A DNA stretch of 32,000 nucleotides, from positions 2,700,001-2,732,000 of the forward strand of contig NZ_CP147990.1 of the NCBI RefSeq assembly GCF_037902255.1. Reading direction: 5' to 3'. Positions 1-8,397 of this stretch are shown here, piece by piece. How positions within the stretch are numbered: the stretch's first letter is position 1; each line of letters begins with the position of its first letter. The translations under genes and the position numbers were made by a program. The DNA is from Candidatus Electrothrix sp. GW3-4 (GTDB lineage: Bacteria > Desulfobacterota > Desulfobulbia > Desulfobulbales > Desulfobulbaceae). The notes beneath the pieces are model-generated. The model saw nothing but the letters and a program-made list of their open reading frames with translations, ran no database searches and had not been told where the DNA came from.

Positions 1-113
1 AGGCGCTGCAAAACAGCAGCAGCAGCAGAGCCGCTGATACGAATCACACCGATACCACCAATCCCCGGTGCTGTGGCAATAGCGGCTATAGTCTCATCAG
101 CTGTCAGAAGCAC
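1..113 (-). CDS. mnmE: tRNA modification GTPase MnmE, N-terminal fragment (continues beyond window)
   Basis: Minus-strand translation reads (M/V)LLTADETIAAIATAPGIGGIGVIRISGSAAAAVLQR, the conserved MnmE N-terminal motif. It occupies the expected position after jag. The start is assigned to GTG at 113..111 and overlaps the jag 3' end. The ATG at 97..95 is followed by an in-frame TAG, so it is not the start. The start remains uncertain. Confidence 0.8.
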   Translation of the reverse strand, partial: MLLTADETIAAIATAPGIGGIGVIRISGSAAAAVLQR

Positions 114-1035
114 GATCAGTCTGCTGCCCCTTTTTCCCTTTGCCCTTCCGTGCATAGTTTTTTTTCCGGCCCGGCTTATAGATCAATACCTTCTTAAATA
201 AGCCTGCCCCCACAGAACGACTGCGTATGGTCTTATCATCCTGCAAAACCATGTGAACCACCCGTCGCTCCGAAGGATTCAAGGCCGGAATTGCCTGGGT
301 TTTCCCTTCTTCCCGGACGCGGGCAGCAAGCTCCAGAGCCAGTTCTTTGAGTTCCTCGGCCCGACGTTCCCGGTAGGTGCCCACATCAAGAGAAAACATG
401 ATCCGTTCTGGCAGACGCCTGGAGGTTATTTTGCGCAACAAGTATTGGAGGCTGTCCAAAGTCCTGCCTTCTCTGCCAACAAGCTCCTCTTCGTAATCAT
501 CACTGATATGACAGGCAACAGTGTAGTTTTCCAGGGTAACCGTCACTGTTGAGGGAAAGCCCATAATCCTGAGCATGGCCGTGATGTCTTCCTGGATCTC
601 TGCCAATACTTCATCCGTGGGAAGCTCCGGCGGGGGCAGTTCAGCGTCGGCACGCCGTTCAGTTCGTGGCGCGGTCTTCTTGCTATTTTTCCGAGCACCA
701 TTCCTTGGCGCAGACTCCTGGGATATTTGTGAGGTTTCCGAATCTTGCCCTGGCACGTCATCGGCCTTGGGAGCGGATGCTTTTTTCCCACTCTCCGTCC
801 TTCTTCTCCCTTGGACGGCTTGTTCCGTTACGCCGGGCTCCTTGCCAGAAGAGCCGCCCTCTTCTTTCTTTGTTACGCGGATATGCGCTTTTTTTCGGCA
901 TAACCCGAAGATTCCCGAGGACCCGGTCTCCAGAATTTCAATATCCAGTCCTTCCTGTGAGGTCGAGAATTCCTGACACGCCTCGGCTATGGCATCGGTA
1001 ACGGTGCCGCCGTAAAAATCTTTTCCTTGTACCAT
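97..1035 (-). CDS. jag: Jag/KhpB RNA-binding protein (Jag_N + KH + R3H)
   Basis: 312-aa ORF. The N-terminus MVQGKDFYGGTVTDAIAEACQEF...GIFGLCRKKAHIRV is Jag_N-like. A low-complexity linker follows. The C-terminus ...LNPSERRVVHMVLQDDKTIRSRSVGAGLFKKVLI is R3H-like. It lies directly downstream of yidC. Confidence 0.9.
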   Translation of the reverse strand: MVQGKDFYGGTVTDAIAEACQEFSTSQEGLDIEILETGSSGIFGLCRKKAHIRVTKKEEGGSSGKEPGVTEQAVQGRRRTESGKKASAPKADDVPGQDSETSQISQESAPRNGARKNSKKTAPRTERRADAELPPPELPTDEVLAEIQEDITAMLRIMGFPSTVTVTLENYTVACHISDDYEEELVGREGRTLDSLQYLLRKITSRRLPERIMFSLDVGTYRERRAEELKELALELAARVREEGKTQAIPALNPSERRVVHMVLQDDKTIRSRSVGAGLFKKVLIYKPGRKKNYARKGKGKKGQQTDRASDS

Positions 1036-1063
1036 CTACACAGTTCCTTTAGATAATATTCTC

Positions 1064-2755
1064 TCAGGCAGCTATTGTTTTACTGCCTGTCTGCCGGTTG
1101 ATAAGCTGCTGCTGTAGAATAGAAAGCAGGTTATTGACAAACCAGTACAGAACCAGCCCGGATGCAAAATTAACAAACATCACGGTAAAAATAATAGGCA
1201 GAAACTGCATGACCTTGGCCTGGGTTGGATCTGCCGTTGTCGGTGTCATCTTCTGCTGTAAGTACATTGATGCGCCCATAAAAATAGTCAGCACGGGTAT
1301 TCCGTGCAGATAGGGAATATCAAAACCGATCATCAAGCGGTCCGGGGCAGACAGGTCATTGATCCAGAGCATGAACGGGGCATGGCGGAGCTCAATGGCT
1401 GCCATGAGAACCCGGTACAGGGCAAAGAAGAAGGGGATCTGAATCAGCATGGGAAGGCACCCCCCTATAGGATTAACCTTATAGGTCTTATACAGGGCCA
1501 TCATCTCCTGATTCATCTTCACCGGATCATCTTTATACTTCTCCCGCAGCTTCGCGACCTTGGGTTGCAGCTTCTGCATATTCTTCATGGACTTCATACC
1601 CTTTTGGGTAATCGGCCAGAAGGATCCCTTGACCAGACAGGTCAGCAAGATGATAGCGATACCGTAATTACCCAAAACAGCATAAAAAAAGTTAAGCAGA
1701 TACAGCATGGGCTTGGCCAGAATATCAAACCAGCCAAAGTTAATCGCCTCAGCAAGATCATAGCCGGTTGCCTTTAAATAAGCCAATTTTTTCGGGCCAA
1801 AAAATCCCTCATAGCGAAACTCCTTGCTTTCACCCGGAGCCAGCTTCAGAATACCGCCCGTCAAAACCGTACGGACCTTGTCCCCCCCCACGCCCCTAAA
1901 GGTGCCAGCGCTTCCCACTCCAGGAATCAGGGCATTCATGAAATAATTGTCCACATGGGCAGCCCACCTGACCTGACCTTGCAAGGGATAAGGACCTTCG
2001 GCCAGTTTTTTAGGTTTGATCTCTTCGAGGTTCCCGTTCACATACGCTGCAGGACCGCTAAACATGTAGCGACTGCTCGTGCTTCCAGAGGCAAAAGGAC
2101 CATTGGTCATCGCCATTGCCGGGCTTATCTGTAAGGGAACAGCACTGGTATTGCTCACCACATACCTGCTGTCGATAAGATAGGTCGTTGCGCTAAAGGT
2201 AAGATGCCGTTCAATCCGTATCCCGTCCGCCTGCACGGCGGTCATTGTCAACTCACCCTTCCCTCCCTCTTCGACACGAACAGAAATTGTCTCTGCCTTA
2301 AACAGCAGCAGGTCTGCCCCAGTACCGCTATCAAGGGAGAAAACCATGGGCAGCTCTGCCGGATTCGTGGTGGTAATCATCTCCATAGAGGGCGCATCTT
2401 CCGCTTTTGCTGTCCGATATTTTTTCAAGACAAAGCTTTTCAGGCCACCGCCCTGCTCGAAAAAGATCGCCGTATAGAGGGGGGTCTCAACGATAATCTC
2501 ACGGGCCTGCGGATTTACAGCAACCGGCTTTTTAACGGCAGGCTGGCCAGCCTGACCTGCCAGAGAGGATGTCTTTGGAGAGACCGGGTCCACAAGGTTC
2601 TCGCCCTGTTCTACCGGGGTGCCGGTCAATGCACCTCCCTGCTGCTCAACCTGTCCTGGAGGCACCGGGGGTGCAGAGGGTATAAAATAATACTGATACC
2701 CTATCAGGATGATAAATGAAATAATTATAGCCAAAAAGGCCCGTTGCATGTCCAT
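1064..2755 (-). CDS. yidC: membrane protein insertase YidC
   Basis: 563-aa ORF with an N-terminal TM segment, a large periplasmic domain and the conserved C-terminal core (WFDILAKPM...GIAIILLT...KMQKLQPK...YKTYKVNPIGGCLPMLIQIPFFFALY). Conserved operon context. Confidence 0.97.
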   Translation of the reverse strand: MDMQRAFLAIIISFIILIGYQYYFIPSAPPVPPGQVEQQGGALTGTPVEQGENLVDPVSPKTSSLAGQAGQPAVKKPVAVNPQAREIIVETPLYTAIFFEQGGGLKSFVLKKYRTAKAEDAPSMEMITTTNPAELPMVFSLDSGTGADLLLFKAETISVRVEEGGKGELTMTAVQADGIRIERHLTFSATTYLIDSRYVVSNTSAVPLQISPAMAMTNGPFASGSTSSRYMFSGPAAYVNGNLEEIKPKKLAEGPYPLQGQVRWAAHVDNYFMNALIPGVGSAGTFRGVGGDKVRTVLTGGILKLAPGESKEFRYEGFFGPKKLAYLKATGYDLAEAINFGWFDILAKPMLYLLNFFYAVLGNYGIAIILLTCLVKGSFWPITQKGMKSMKNMQKLQPKVAKLREKYKDDPVKMNQEMMALYKTYKVNPIGGCLPMLIQIPFFFALYRVLMAAIELRHAPFMLWINDLSAPDRLMIGFDIPYLHGIPVLTIFMGASMYLQQKMTPTTADPTQAKVMQFLPIIFTVMFVNFASGLVLYWFVNNLLSILQQQLINRQTGSKTIAA

Positions 2756-2825
2756 GAAAATCTATTCCTTGATATTGGTGGGTTCTCCGGGAGGGGAAAC
2801 TTTTGAGAACGGTGCGTATAAGAGA

Positions 2826-3122
2826 TTATTTGACCGGATCATAGCCGCCAGCGGCAAAGGGATGACAACGCAGGATACGACGGAGAGAGAGCCAGCCCCC
2901 GCGCAACGCACCGTATCGGGCAATGGCCTCAACAGCATATGCCGAACAGGTCGGTACATATCGGCAGCTCGGGGGAAAAAGCGGCGAGAGCCCATAGCGG
3001 TACCCTTTAATCAGCAGAAGCAGAAACATCGCCGCAATACCTGTTTTTTTTAGGGGCCAACTCTTGCCCGGCATGTCCAGAGGTTCGGATTGCCCGGATT
3101 GCCTCTCCGCTCGATCACACAT
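2826..3122 (-). CDS. yidD: membrane protein insertion efficiency factor YidD
   Basis: Contains [58 protein letters not shown]. The ATG at 3122 overlaps the rnpA TAA by 1 nt and has a GGAGGTGG Shine-Dalgarno about 8 nt upstream. An alternative ATG at 3074 lacks an SD. Confidence 0.9.
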   Translation of the reverse strand: MCDRAERQSGQSEPLDMPGKSWPLKKTGIAAMFLLLLIKGYRYGLSPLFPPSCRYVPTCSAYAVEAIARYGALRGGWLSLRRILRCHPFAAGGYDPVK

Positions 3123-3481
3123 TACTTGCCACCTCCAGAACGGGTCAGCTCAGCAACCGCATCGCGGACCGCCTGCATCCCGGCAAGAGGGAAGCCTGGC
3201 CGTACAGCAAAAACAACACTACCTTGGGGAAAGACCTCCCTGTGCAGGCGAAAAGCTTCACGAATAATCCGTTTTATCCTGTTGCGCTGCACGGCATTCC
3301 CGACCTTACGCGGCACAGAGATGCCGAGGCGGGCCCCAGAAAAGCGGTTGTCGGTGTGTTCATCGCGTAAGGAGATAAGGGTGAAACCTTTTCCGTACAA
3401 CCGCGCACCGTTTCGGTACACTCTATTAAAGTCCCCGGTCTTTCTGAGTCGTTCAGAGCTCCGCTGCCCGAACCGTTGCAT
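3122..3481 (-). CDS. rnpA: ribonuclease P protein component
   Basis: 119-aa basic protein with [15 protein letters not shown]...[26 protein letters not shown] (the RNR-K-R motif). It lies 14 nt downstream of rpmH. Confidence 0.95.
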   Translation of the reverse strand: MQRFGQRSSERLRKTGDFNRVYRNGARLYGKGFTLISLRDEHTDNRFSGARLGISVPRKVGNAVQRNRIKRIIREAFRLHREVFPQGSVVFAVRPGFPLAGMQAVRDAVAELTRSGGGK

Positions 3482-3495
3482 ACGAGTCAGGTAAA

Positions 3496-3633
3496 TCAGG
3501 CAGAAAGGCGCTTCCGTCCTTTGGCCCGGCGGCGTTTAATGATTGCCTGTCCTGAACGGGTCTTCATGCGCACCCGAAAGCCGTGGGTCCGTTTACGCTT
3601 CAGATTACTGGGCTGAAATGTTCTCTTACTCAT
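3496..3633 (-). CDS. rpmH: 50S ribosomal protein L34
   Basis: Not in the ORF track (45 aa). Hand translation of the minus strand gives [45 protein letters not shown] followed by TGA. AAGGA lies about 9 nt upstream of the ATG. Confidence 0.95.
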   Translation of the reverse strand: MSKRTFQPSNLKRKRTHGFRVRMKTRSGQAIIKRRRAKGRKRLSA

Positions 3634-3986
3634 GGTATAATTCCTTTATTCACTCTTGTTGTAAACCAGTTAAACCGGAATGTTATCTCTTTTTTCCCTT
3701 TGCTTATACGCACCTGTCTGGTATTCAGGACATGACAATAAAAAAATCATAACAATATAGCAGAACAGATTCCGACAGTATTGACGGACAAAACAGAGAC
3801 AAATAAAAACCGGCCATTTATTTCCAAAAAGGAGGTATTTTAATCACAGGCCCCCTTGCTGTCAAATCATTTCCCGCCGGAACAGCAGAAGCAGGCAAAT
3901 TATCCGGCAACAGCATCCTGACACCAGGGAAAATGCATAGCAGCTCCAACTGCTGAGCTCTCAATCTCGACCCATTGCTCTAACCC

Positions 3987-5411
3987 ATGCTGAACGCTCT
4001 GAAAAAGTTCAAGAAGAACGCAAAAGAATCAAAAAATTTCCTTATTCTCGGACTAGGGGGAATCGGTTACCATCTGGCAAAACGCCTATTGGATGAGGAT
4101 TACTCGGTCACAGTCATTGAAGCGGACCCGGATCTGGTGCGCCATGCCGATGATAATATGGACGCCCGCATTATCAACGGCAGTGCAATGAGTATCGAAT
4201 GTTGGCAGGAAGCCGGTGCCGAGCAGATGGATTACATGATCGCGGTAACAGACAACGATGCCGTCAACATGCTGACCTCCATGATTGCGGATAAATTTGG
4301 CATTTCCTGTAAGATTGCCCGGGTTCGCTCGTTAGATTTTGGCCATAACGAGGCTGTCCTCCAGGGCGATGATCTGAAAATCGACCTGTTTATCCATCCC
4401 GAGGAGCTGGCAGCCCAGGAAATCGCCCGCCTGATCAAACGGACCTCGGGTGATGAAATCATTGATATTGCCCTGGGGCAGATGCAGGTCCTGGCGGCCC
4501 GTATCCGTGACGACTCGCCACTGGCCCATAAAACCCTGTTTGATATTTCTAACATCTATAACGAATTTCCCTTTCGGGTGGTCGCCATATCACGGGGGAT
4601 CACCACTATCATCCCTGGCGGCCAACACGAGATCCTGCCCCATGACCAGGTCCTGATCATGGCCAACAAAGACGACCTTCCCCGCCTTATAGCCCTGACA
4701 GGTATTCAGCAACAGCGAAGAAACCGAATCATGATTCTCGGGGGCGGACTGGTTGGCAGCCGCCTGGCCGAACTCCTTGGTAAAGAAATCAATGTCCGCC
4801 TGATCGAACAGGATGAGCAACGGGCCACCGAACTCTCTTCCGCCCTCCCCTATACCGAGATCTTACACGGGGACGGTTCAGACAAACAGGTCCTGGAGGA
4901 GGCAGGCCTGCCGGACATGGACACCTTTATCGCGACCACCGGTCAGAACGAGACCAATATCATGAGCTGCCTGCTGGCAAAACAGCTCATGGAGCTGGAA
5001 ACAGAGCCCTCTCTCACTAACCTGAAGAAGACCATATGCATGGTCAATAATCAGGACTACATGGTCCTGGCCTCCACCAGTGGTTCCGATATTGTGCTGA
5101 ACAAAAAGATCCTGGCTGGCAACGAGATCCTCACCTATATCAGTCGCAGTGAGCTGCTTTCAGTGATGCATATGCACGGGTTTGACGCAGAGGTGGTGGA
5201 TCTGATCGCCGCTCCCGGCTCCCCCATTACCCGCAGACCTCTGGTCGCTCTGGACTCCTCCTTTACTGGCCACATCATTATCGGCAGCGTGTTTCGCGAC
5301 GGGGCCTGGCAGACAGCAGTGGGCTCAACCCATATCCAGGAAGGCAACCGGGCCATTGTGATCTGCAATTCAGATTATCTCAAGGAAGTGCGGAAGATGT
5401 TTACGGCCTAG
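3987..5411 (+). CDS. trkA: Trk potassium uptake system NAD-binding protein TrkA (two RCK modules)
   Basis: 474 aa with two Rossmann GxGxxG motifs (ILGLGGIGYHLAKRL and ILGGGLVGSRLAELL), each followed by an RCK_C-like segment. The length and layout are typical of TrkA. Confidence 0.9.
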   Translation: MLNALKKFKKNAKESKNFLILGLGGIGYHLAKRLLDEDYSVTVIEADPDLVRHADDNMDARIINGSAMSIECWQEAGAEQMDYMIAVTDNDAVNMLTSMIADKFGISCKIARVRSLDFGHNEAVLQGDDLKIDLFIHPEELAAQEIARLIKRTSGDEIIDIALGQMQVLAARIRDDSPLAHKTLFDISNIYNEFPFRVVAISRGITTIIPGGQHEILPHDQVLIMANKDDLPRLIALTGIQQQRRNRIMILGGGLVGSRLAELLGKEINVRLIEQDEQRATELSSALPYTEILHGDGSDKQVLEEAGLPDMDTFIATTGQNETNIMSCLLAKQLMELETEPSLTNLKKTICMVNNQDYMVLASTSGSDIVLNKKILAGNEILTYISRSELLSVMHMHGFDAEVVDLIAAPGSPITRRPLVALDSSFTGHIIIGSVFRDGAWQTAVGSTHIQEGNRAIVICNSDYLKEVRKMFTA

Positions 5412-5426
5412 CAGGACTTACACTAC

Positions 5427-7514
5427 CTACTCCTGATACCCCTGGGCAACCCGGAAGCCCACCCGGATGATACGCAGCCCTGGCGAGAGGCGAAAACGGA
5501 AGGAAGAGTGAATAGAGCGCTCACCACTATCCCAGGACCCGCCCCGCAGGACCCTGCCAGCCCCTCCATGTTCTGCGCCAGCAGGGTTGTTCATGGGCAA
5601 TTCGGTGTAATAATCCTTTTTATAGCTATCAGCGCACCATTCCCAGACATTACCATAGAGATCATGCAGACCCCAGGCATTGGCCTTTTTCCGGCCAACC
5701 GGATGGGTCATGTTACCGGCATTTTCGGCATACCAGGCATACTCATCCAGGAAGCGGGCATCATTGCCAAAGAAATACAGGGTATCCGTCCCTGCCCGGC
5801 ATCCGTACTCCCACTCCGCCTCTGTGGGGAGACGATAGGGCCTGCCCGTGACCATAGAGAGCCAATCGCAGTAATTATTGGCATCCTGCCAGCTCACGTC
5901 CACCACGGGTCGCCGTCCCCTGCCCCAGTCATTATCCGTGGGCCTGCGACTGCCTGTGACCATGCAGTAGAGATCATATTCCTCAAAGGTGACCGGATAG
6001 CGGCTCAGGGCAAAATTATCCAGTTCCACCTCATGCACGGGTCGGGCATCACCGGAACCCCCGCCCTGGATATCCCCCATCCTGAAACGTCCGCCAGGCA
6101 GCATGATCATTTCCGGACCTCTCATAACCCTGTTCCGTACCCGCCCCAACCGGTCCTGCCAGGAGAACATGGTCTTATAGGTCTCAGCGTAGCGAAAGGG
6201 GTTAAACTCGGCAAGATTGAGACGGTTCACATAATCGGTGATCCCGTGGGCCAGATCAAGAAAACGAACCATCTGATCCGTGGCCCGCAAAGGGGCAGGA
6301 AAGGGCCTGCTGTCATAGATCAAGGCATGGGCCAGAAGAAACTCCCGGTAGGTGCTATGGGTAAAACGGTAGGTCTGCTGTGTGGTCAGATGCAAAAGGG
6401 GCGGGGCGGGGCAACAATGAACAAACTGACAGATCTCGGCCTTTTCACAGAAGAGCTCCTGCAAGGCCCTCTCCCCGATCTCCCGGACCCCCTGTTCTTC
6501 CAGCCAACGGGCAAGACGAACATAGGCATTAAAGAGCTCAAAACGTTTGGGCGGACACCGGCAGCCGGTCTCATGCAGGGCGTCCACCTGCTGCTCCAAC
6601 CAATACTGAATCAGGGATTCATAGATCGTATAGGCGTCCCGGATCCGATGCTCTTCAATCTTGAGCAGGCTCTGAACATGCTGAAGGATCAGGGGCCGTC
6701 CTCCCAGCTCTCCCAGGCCTGCCAGGAGGAGGACGGCCTTTTTCCGCTGGCGCTCCACGCCGAAGCGCTGAAAGCCAATATAATTTCCCCTGTTGTGGGC
6801 AAGTCGCTTGCGCACGACCTGGCCAACCTGATGAGCCGCAAAGGGGGCCAGATAAAGGATCGGGCAATTATAGCCGGACAGGGCCCTGATCCGCAGTCGC
6901 CCGGTACTGTCCGGGGTCATGGCAGGGAAGAAATGGCTCCGGCAGGAAATCATCATCCGGTAAAAGGGTTCCCCGGCCCGCAGCAGGGGCAGGAGTCGCT
7001 CAAGGGGACGGCTCCGGGCCAGTCTATCCTCGTTCAGGGCATCAAGGAGCAGGACGGTTCGGGCCCGATTCTCCATGATCGCTATCTGGTCCAGGGTCTG
7101 CCCATCCAGCTTCAGGAGCTGGCAATCATATCCTTGGGGCCAAAACCCGGCCAGGTGCATCAACTTGATCATGAGCAGGAGAGAGCTCTTGCCCGCCCCT
7201 GGCTCCCCCAGCAGGAAGAGCTGGTGGCTTCCGTCCCGTTGCCCAGGAGGTCCGCTGGCAAGAAAGCTGTTGAGCAAGGAGAAGGCGGGCTGGCAGGGGT
7301 CAGAAGGGATCACACCGTGGCGGCGAGGGAGCGGTCGATAGGCCTGGAGACAGGGCTCAACATAGAATCGCGCGAGCTCCAGCGGGTTGGCAAAATCATC
7401 TCCTAACCGATCCAGCTCCTGTGCCTTCCCGCCGGTGGCTTGTTTGAGCTGTCGATACAGCTGCTTCATCCACTCGATATTGACAAAGGACAGTGCGTCC
7501 GGTCCCGATCCCAT
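5427..7514 (-). CDS. P-loop NTPase (NACHT/STAND-like) fused to C-terminal FGE/SUMF1-fold domain, paralog 1
   Basis: 695 aa. Walker A is GEPGAGKSS (about aa 103-110) and Walker B is TVLLLDALNED. A NACHT-like MMISCRSHFF strand follows. The C-terminal ~230 aa carry FGE-sulfatase family motifs (MLPGGRFRMGD, RYPVTFEEY, RLPTEAEWEYGCRAG, NAWGLHDLYGNVWEW, RVLRGGSWDS...VGFRV). No Cys occurs after RGGSW. Confidence 0.85.
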   Translation of the reverse strand: MGSGPDALSFVNIEWMKQLYRQLKQATGGKAQELDRLGDDFANPLELARFYVEPCLQAYRPLPRRHGVIPSDPCQPAFSLLNSFLASGPPGQRDGSHQLFLLGEPGAGKSSLLLMIKLMHLAGFWPQGYDCQLLKLDGQTLDQIAIMENRARTVLLLDALNEDRLARSRPLERLLPLLRAGEPFYRMMISCRSHFFPAMTPDSTGRLRIRALSGYNCPILYLAPFAAHQVGQVVRKRLAHNRGNYIGFQRFGVERQRKKAVLLLAGLGELGGRPLILQHVQSLLKIEEHRIRDAYTIYESLIQYWLEQQVDALHETGCRCPPKRFELFNAYVRLARWLEEQGVREIGERALQELFCEKAEICQFVHCCPAPPLLHLTTQQTYRFTHSTYREFLLAHALIYDSRPFPAPLRATDQMVRFLDLAHGITDYVNRLNLAEFNPFRYAETYKTMFSWQDRLGRVRNRVMRGPEMIMLPGGRFRMGDIQGGGSGDARPVHEVELDNFALSRYPVTFEEYDLYCMVTGSRRPTDNDWGRGRRPVVDVSWQDANNYCDWLSMVTGRPYRLPTEAEWEYGCRAGTDTLYFFGNDARFLDEYAWYAENAGNMTHPVGRKKANAWGLHDLYGNVWEWCADSYKKDYYTELPMNNPAGAEHGGAGRVLRGGSWDSGERSIHSSFRFRLSPGLRIIRVGFRVAQGYQE

Positions 7515-7845
7515 AGGTTCTTATCGTTGCAGTAACAGATTTAACTTACTCTAAAGGTAGCTGTATACACGGACAAAAAGAGACACACATCCCCGTCCCG
7601 CTATACTGCGATAAACATATTCCCTCCTCCCTCAAAAAAGATTATTTTTATTGTACCCTGAATGGGCCTGCGGCTCCACAGGTTATTTCGTTTTTGAAAG
7701 ACAGGTTGTTTGCTGGCAAGGATACGGGTGCTGCATCTGGTGAATGGTGGAATCAGGATGATGGGCGCGGGGCTGTCACCTGATGCGGGGGTCTTTCTAC
7801 GTTCGTCTCAAGGGGATGGTTATTATTTCCTATGTACGAAAGATA

Positions 7846-8139
7846 ATCCCCTGCCGCAGGATCATTCTTCGGTGGTGACGAGACGTTCGTCATCGTTGCC
7901 GGAACGTTCGAACATGTCGCAGCATGATTCCTCGGTGGTGCAGAAGCGTTCGTCACTGTCGCAGCATCATTCTTCAATGGTACCGAGACGTCCGTCACCG
8001 GTACAGGATCGTTCTTACCTCCCGCTGAGCCATTCTGCAGCGTCGCGGCATCGTTCGAACATAGCGCAGATTCATTCCTCGCTGGTGTCGAGGCATCCGT
8101 CACCGGTGCAGAACGTTCCTGATCTACCGCAGAGGCGTT
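7846..8139. repeat. degenerate tandem array, 14 units x 21 nt, open reading on both strands
   Basis: The minus strand parses exactly into 14 consecutive 21-mers: aacgcctctgcggtagatcag / gaacgttctgcaccggtgacg / gatgcctcgacaccagcgagg / aatgaatctgcgctatgttcg / ... / aatgatcctgcggcaggggat. The approximate pattern is RAY NNN NCN GYR NCR NNN NNG. It reads as heptads N-x-(S/A/P)-A-(P/T)-x-(T/K/R) on the minus strand and (R/H)-S-S-h-(V/S)-Q-x on the plus strand. Confidence 0.8.
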
Positions 8140-8221
8140 CTAAGATGATGCAGGAACATCCGGCGATGGCGTTGCAATATCAGGCAGGCCCATGCCCTGA
8201 AGGGGCAATATCTATCAGCCC

Positions 8222-8287
8222 GGGGTAACACCCTGGGCGAAACACCCTGAACCGGGTTCGCGGGGGAATTCCTCGGGGTGTTACCCC
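8222..8287. other. long-range perfect 12-bp inverted repeat enclosing smaller hairpins (candidate structured RNA or terminator-like element)
   Basis: ggggtaacaccc (8222-8233) pairs perfectly with gggtgttacccc (8276-8287), extendable by G-U/G-C pairs. The enclosed loop contains gaacc-g-ggttc and a GGAATTCC palindrome. It lies in the spacer between the two NTPase-FGE genes. Confidence 0.5.
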
Positions 8288-8397
8288 AAGCTGGGATTGT
8301 ATACCCCCGTTGGGGTATGGTGGTGGGGCGCGACGGGTCGGCTGGCGGCAGTGCCGTCCTGCTCCGCGACGGACAGGCATGCCTTGCGCCTCCCGTC

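Noticed and set aside
95-97. ATG at 97..95 as the mnmE start in an ATGA overlap with the jag stop
   Set aside because: That frame hits TAG after three codons (ATG AGA CTA TAG). The conserved TIAAIATAPG motif is in another frame, whose nearest upstream start is GTG 113..111.
5508-7406. 632-aa plus-strand ORF antisense to NTPase-FGE 1, and similar long antisense ORFs at 8839-9501, 9538-10098, 10108-10551 and 1304-1777
   Set aside because: All are exactly codon-aligned antisense to the real genes (offsets from the sense stop are multiples of 3). They simply reflect avoidance of TTA/CTA/TCA codons in the sense frame. Their products are low-complexity (G/P/R/Q-rich) with no motifs, whereas the sense strand has clear Walker and FGE motifs.
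7846-8139. CRISPR array
   Set aside because: The repeats are contiguous and degenerate with no unique spacers between them. The 21-nt unit is too short, and no cas genes are present.
8222-8287. tRNA or tRNA-like gene (contains a GGTTCG string and is ~66 nt long)
   Set aside because: The terminal stem is 12+ bp, not 7. No D-arm, anticodon-arm or T-arm cloverleaf can be drawn on either strand, and the sequence after GGTTCG lacks the complementary T-stem.
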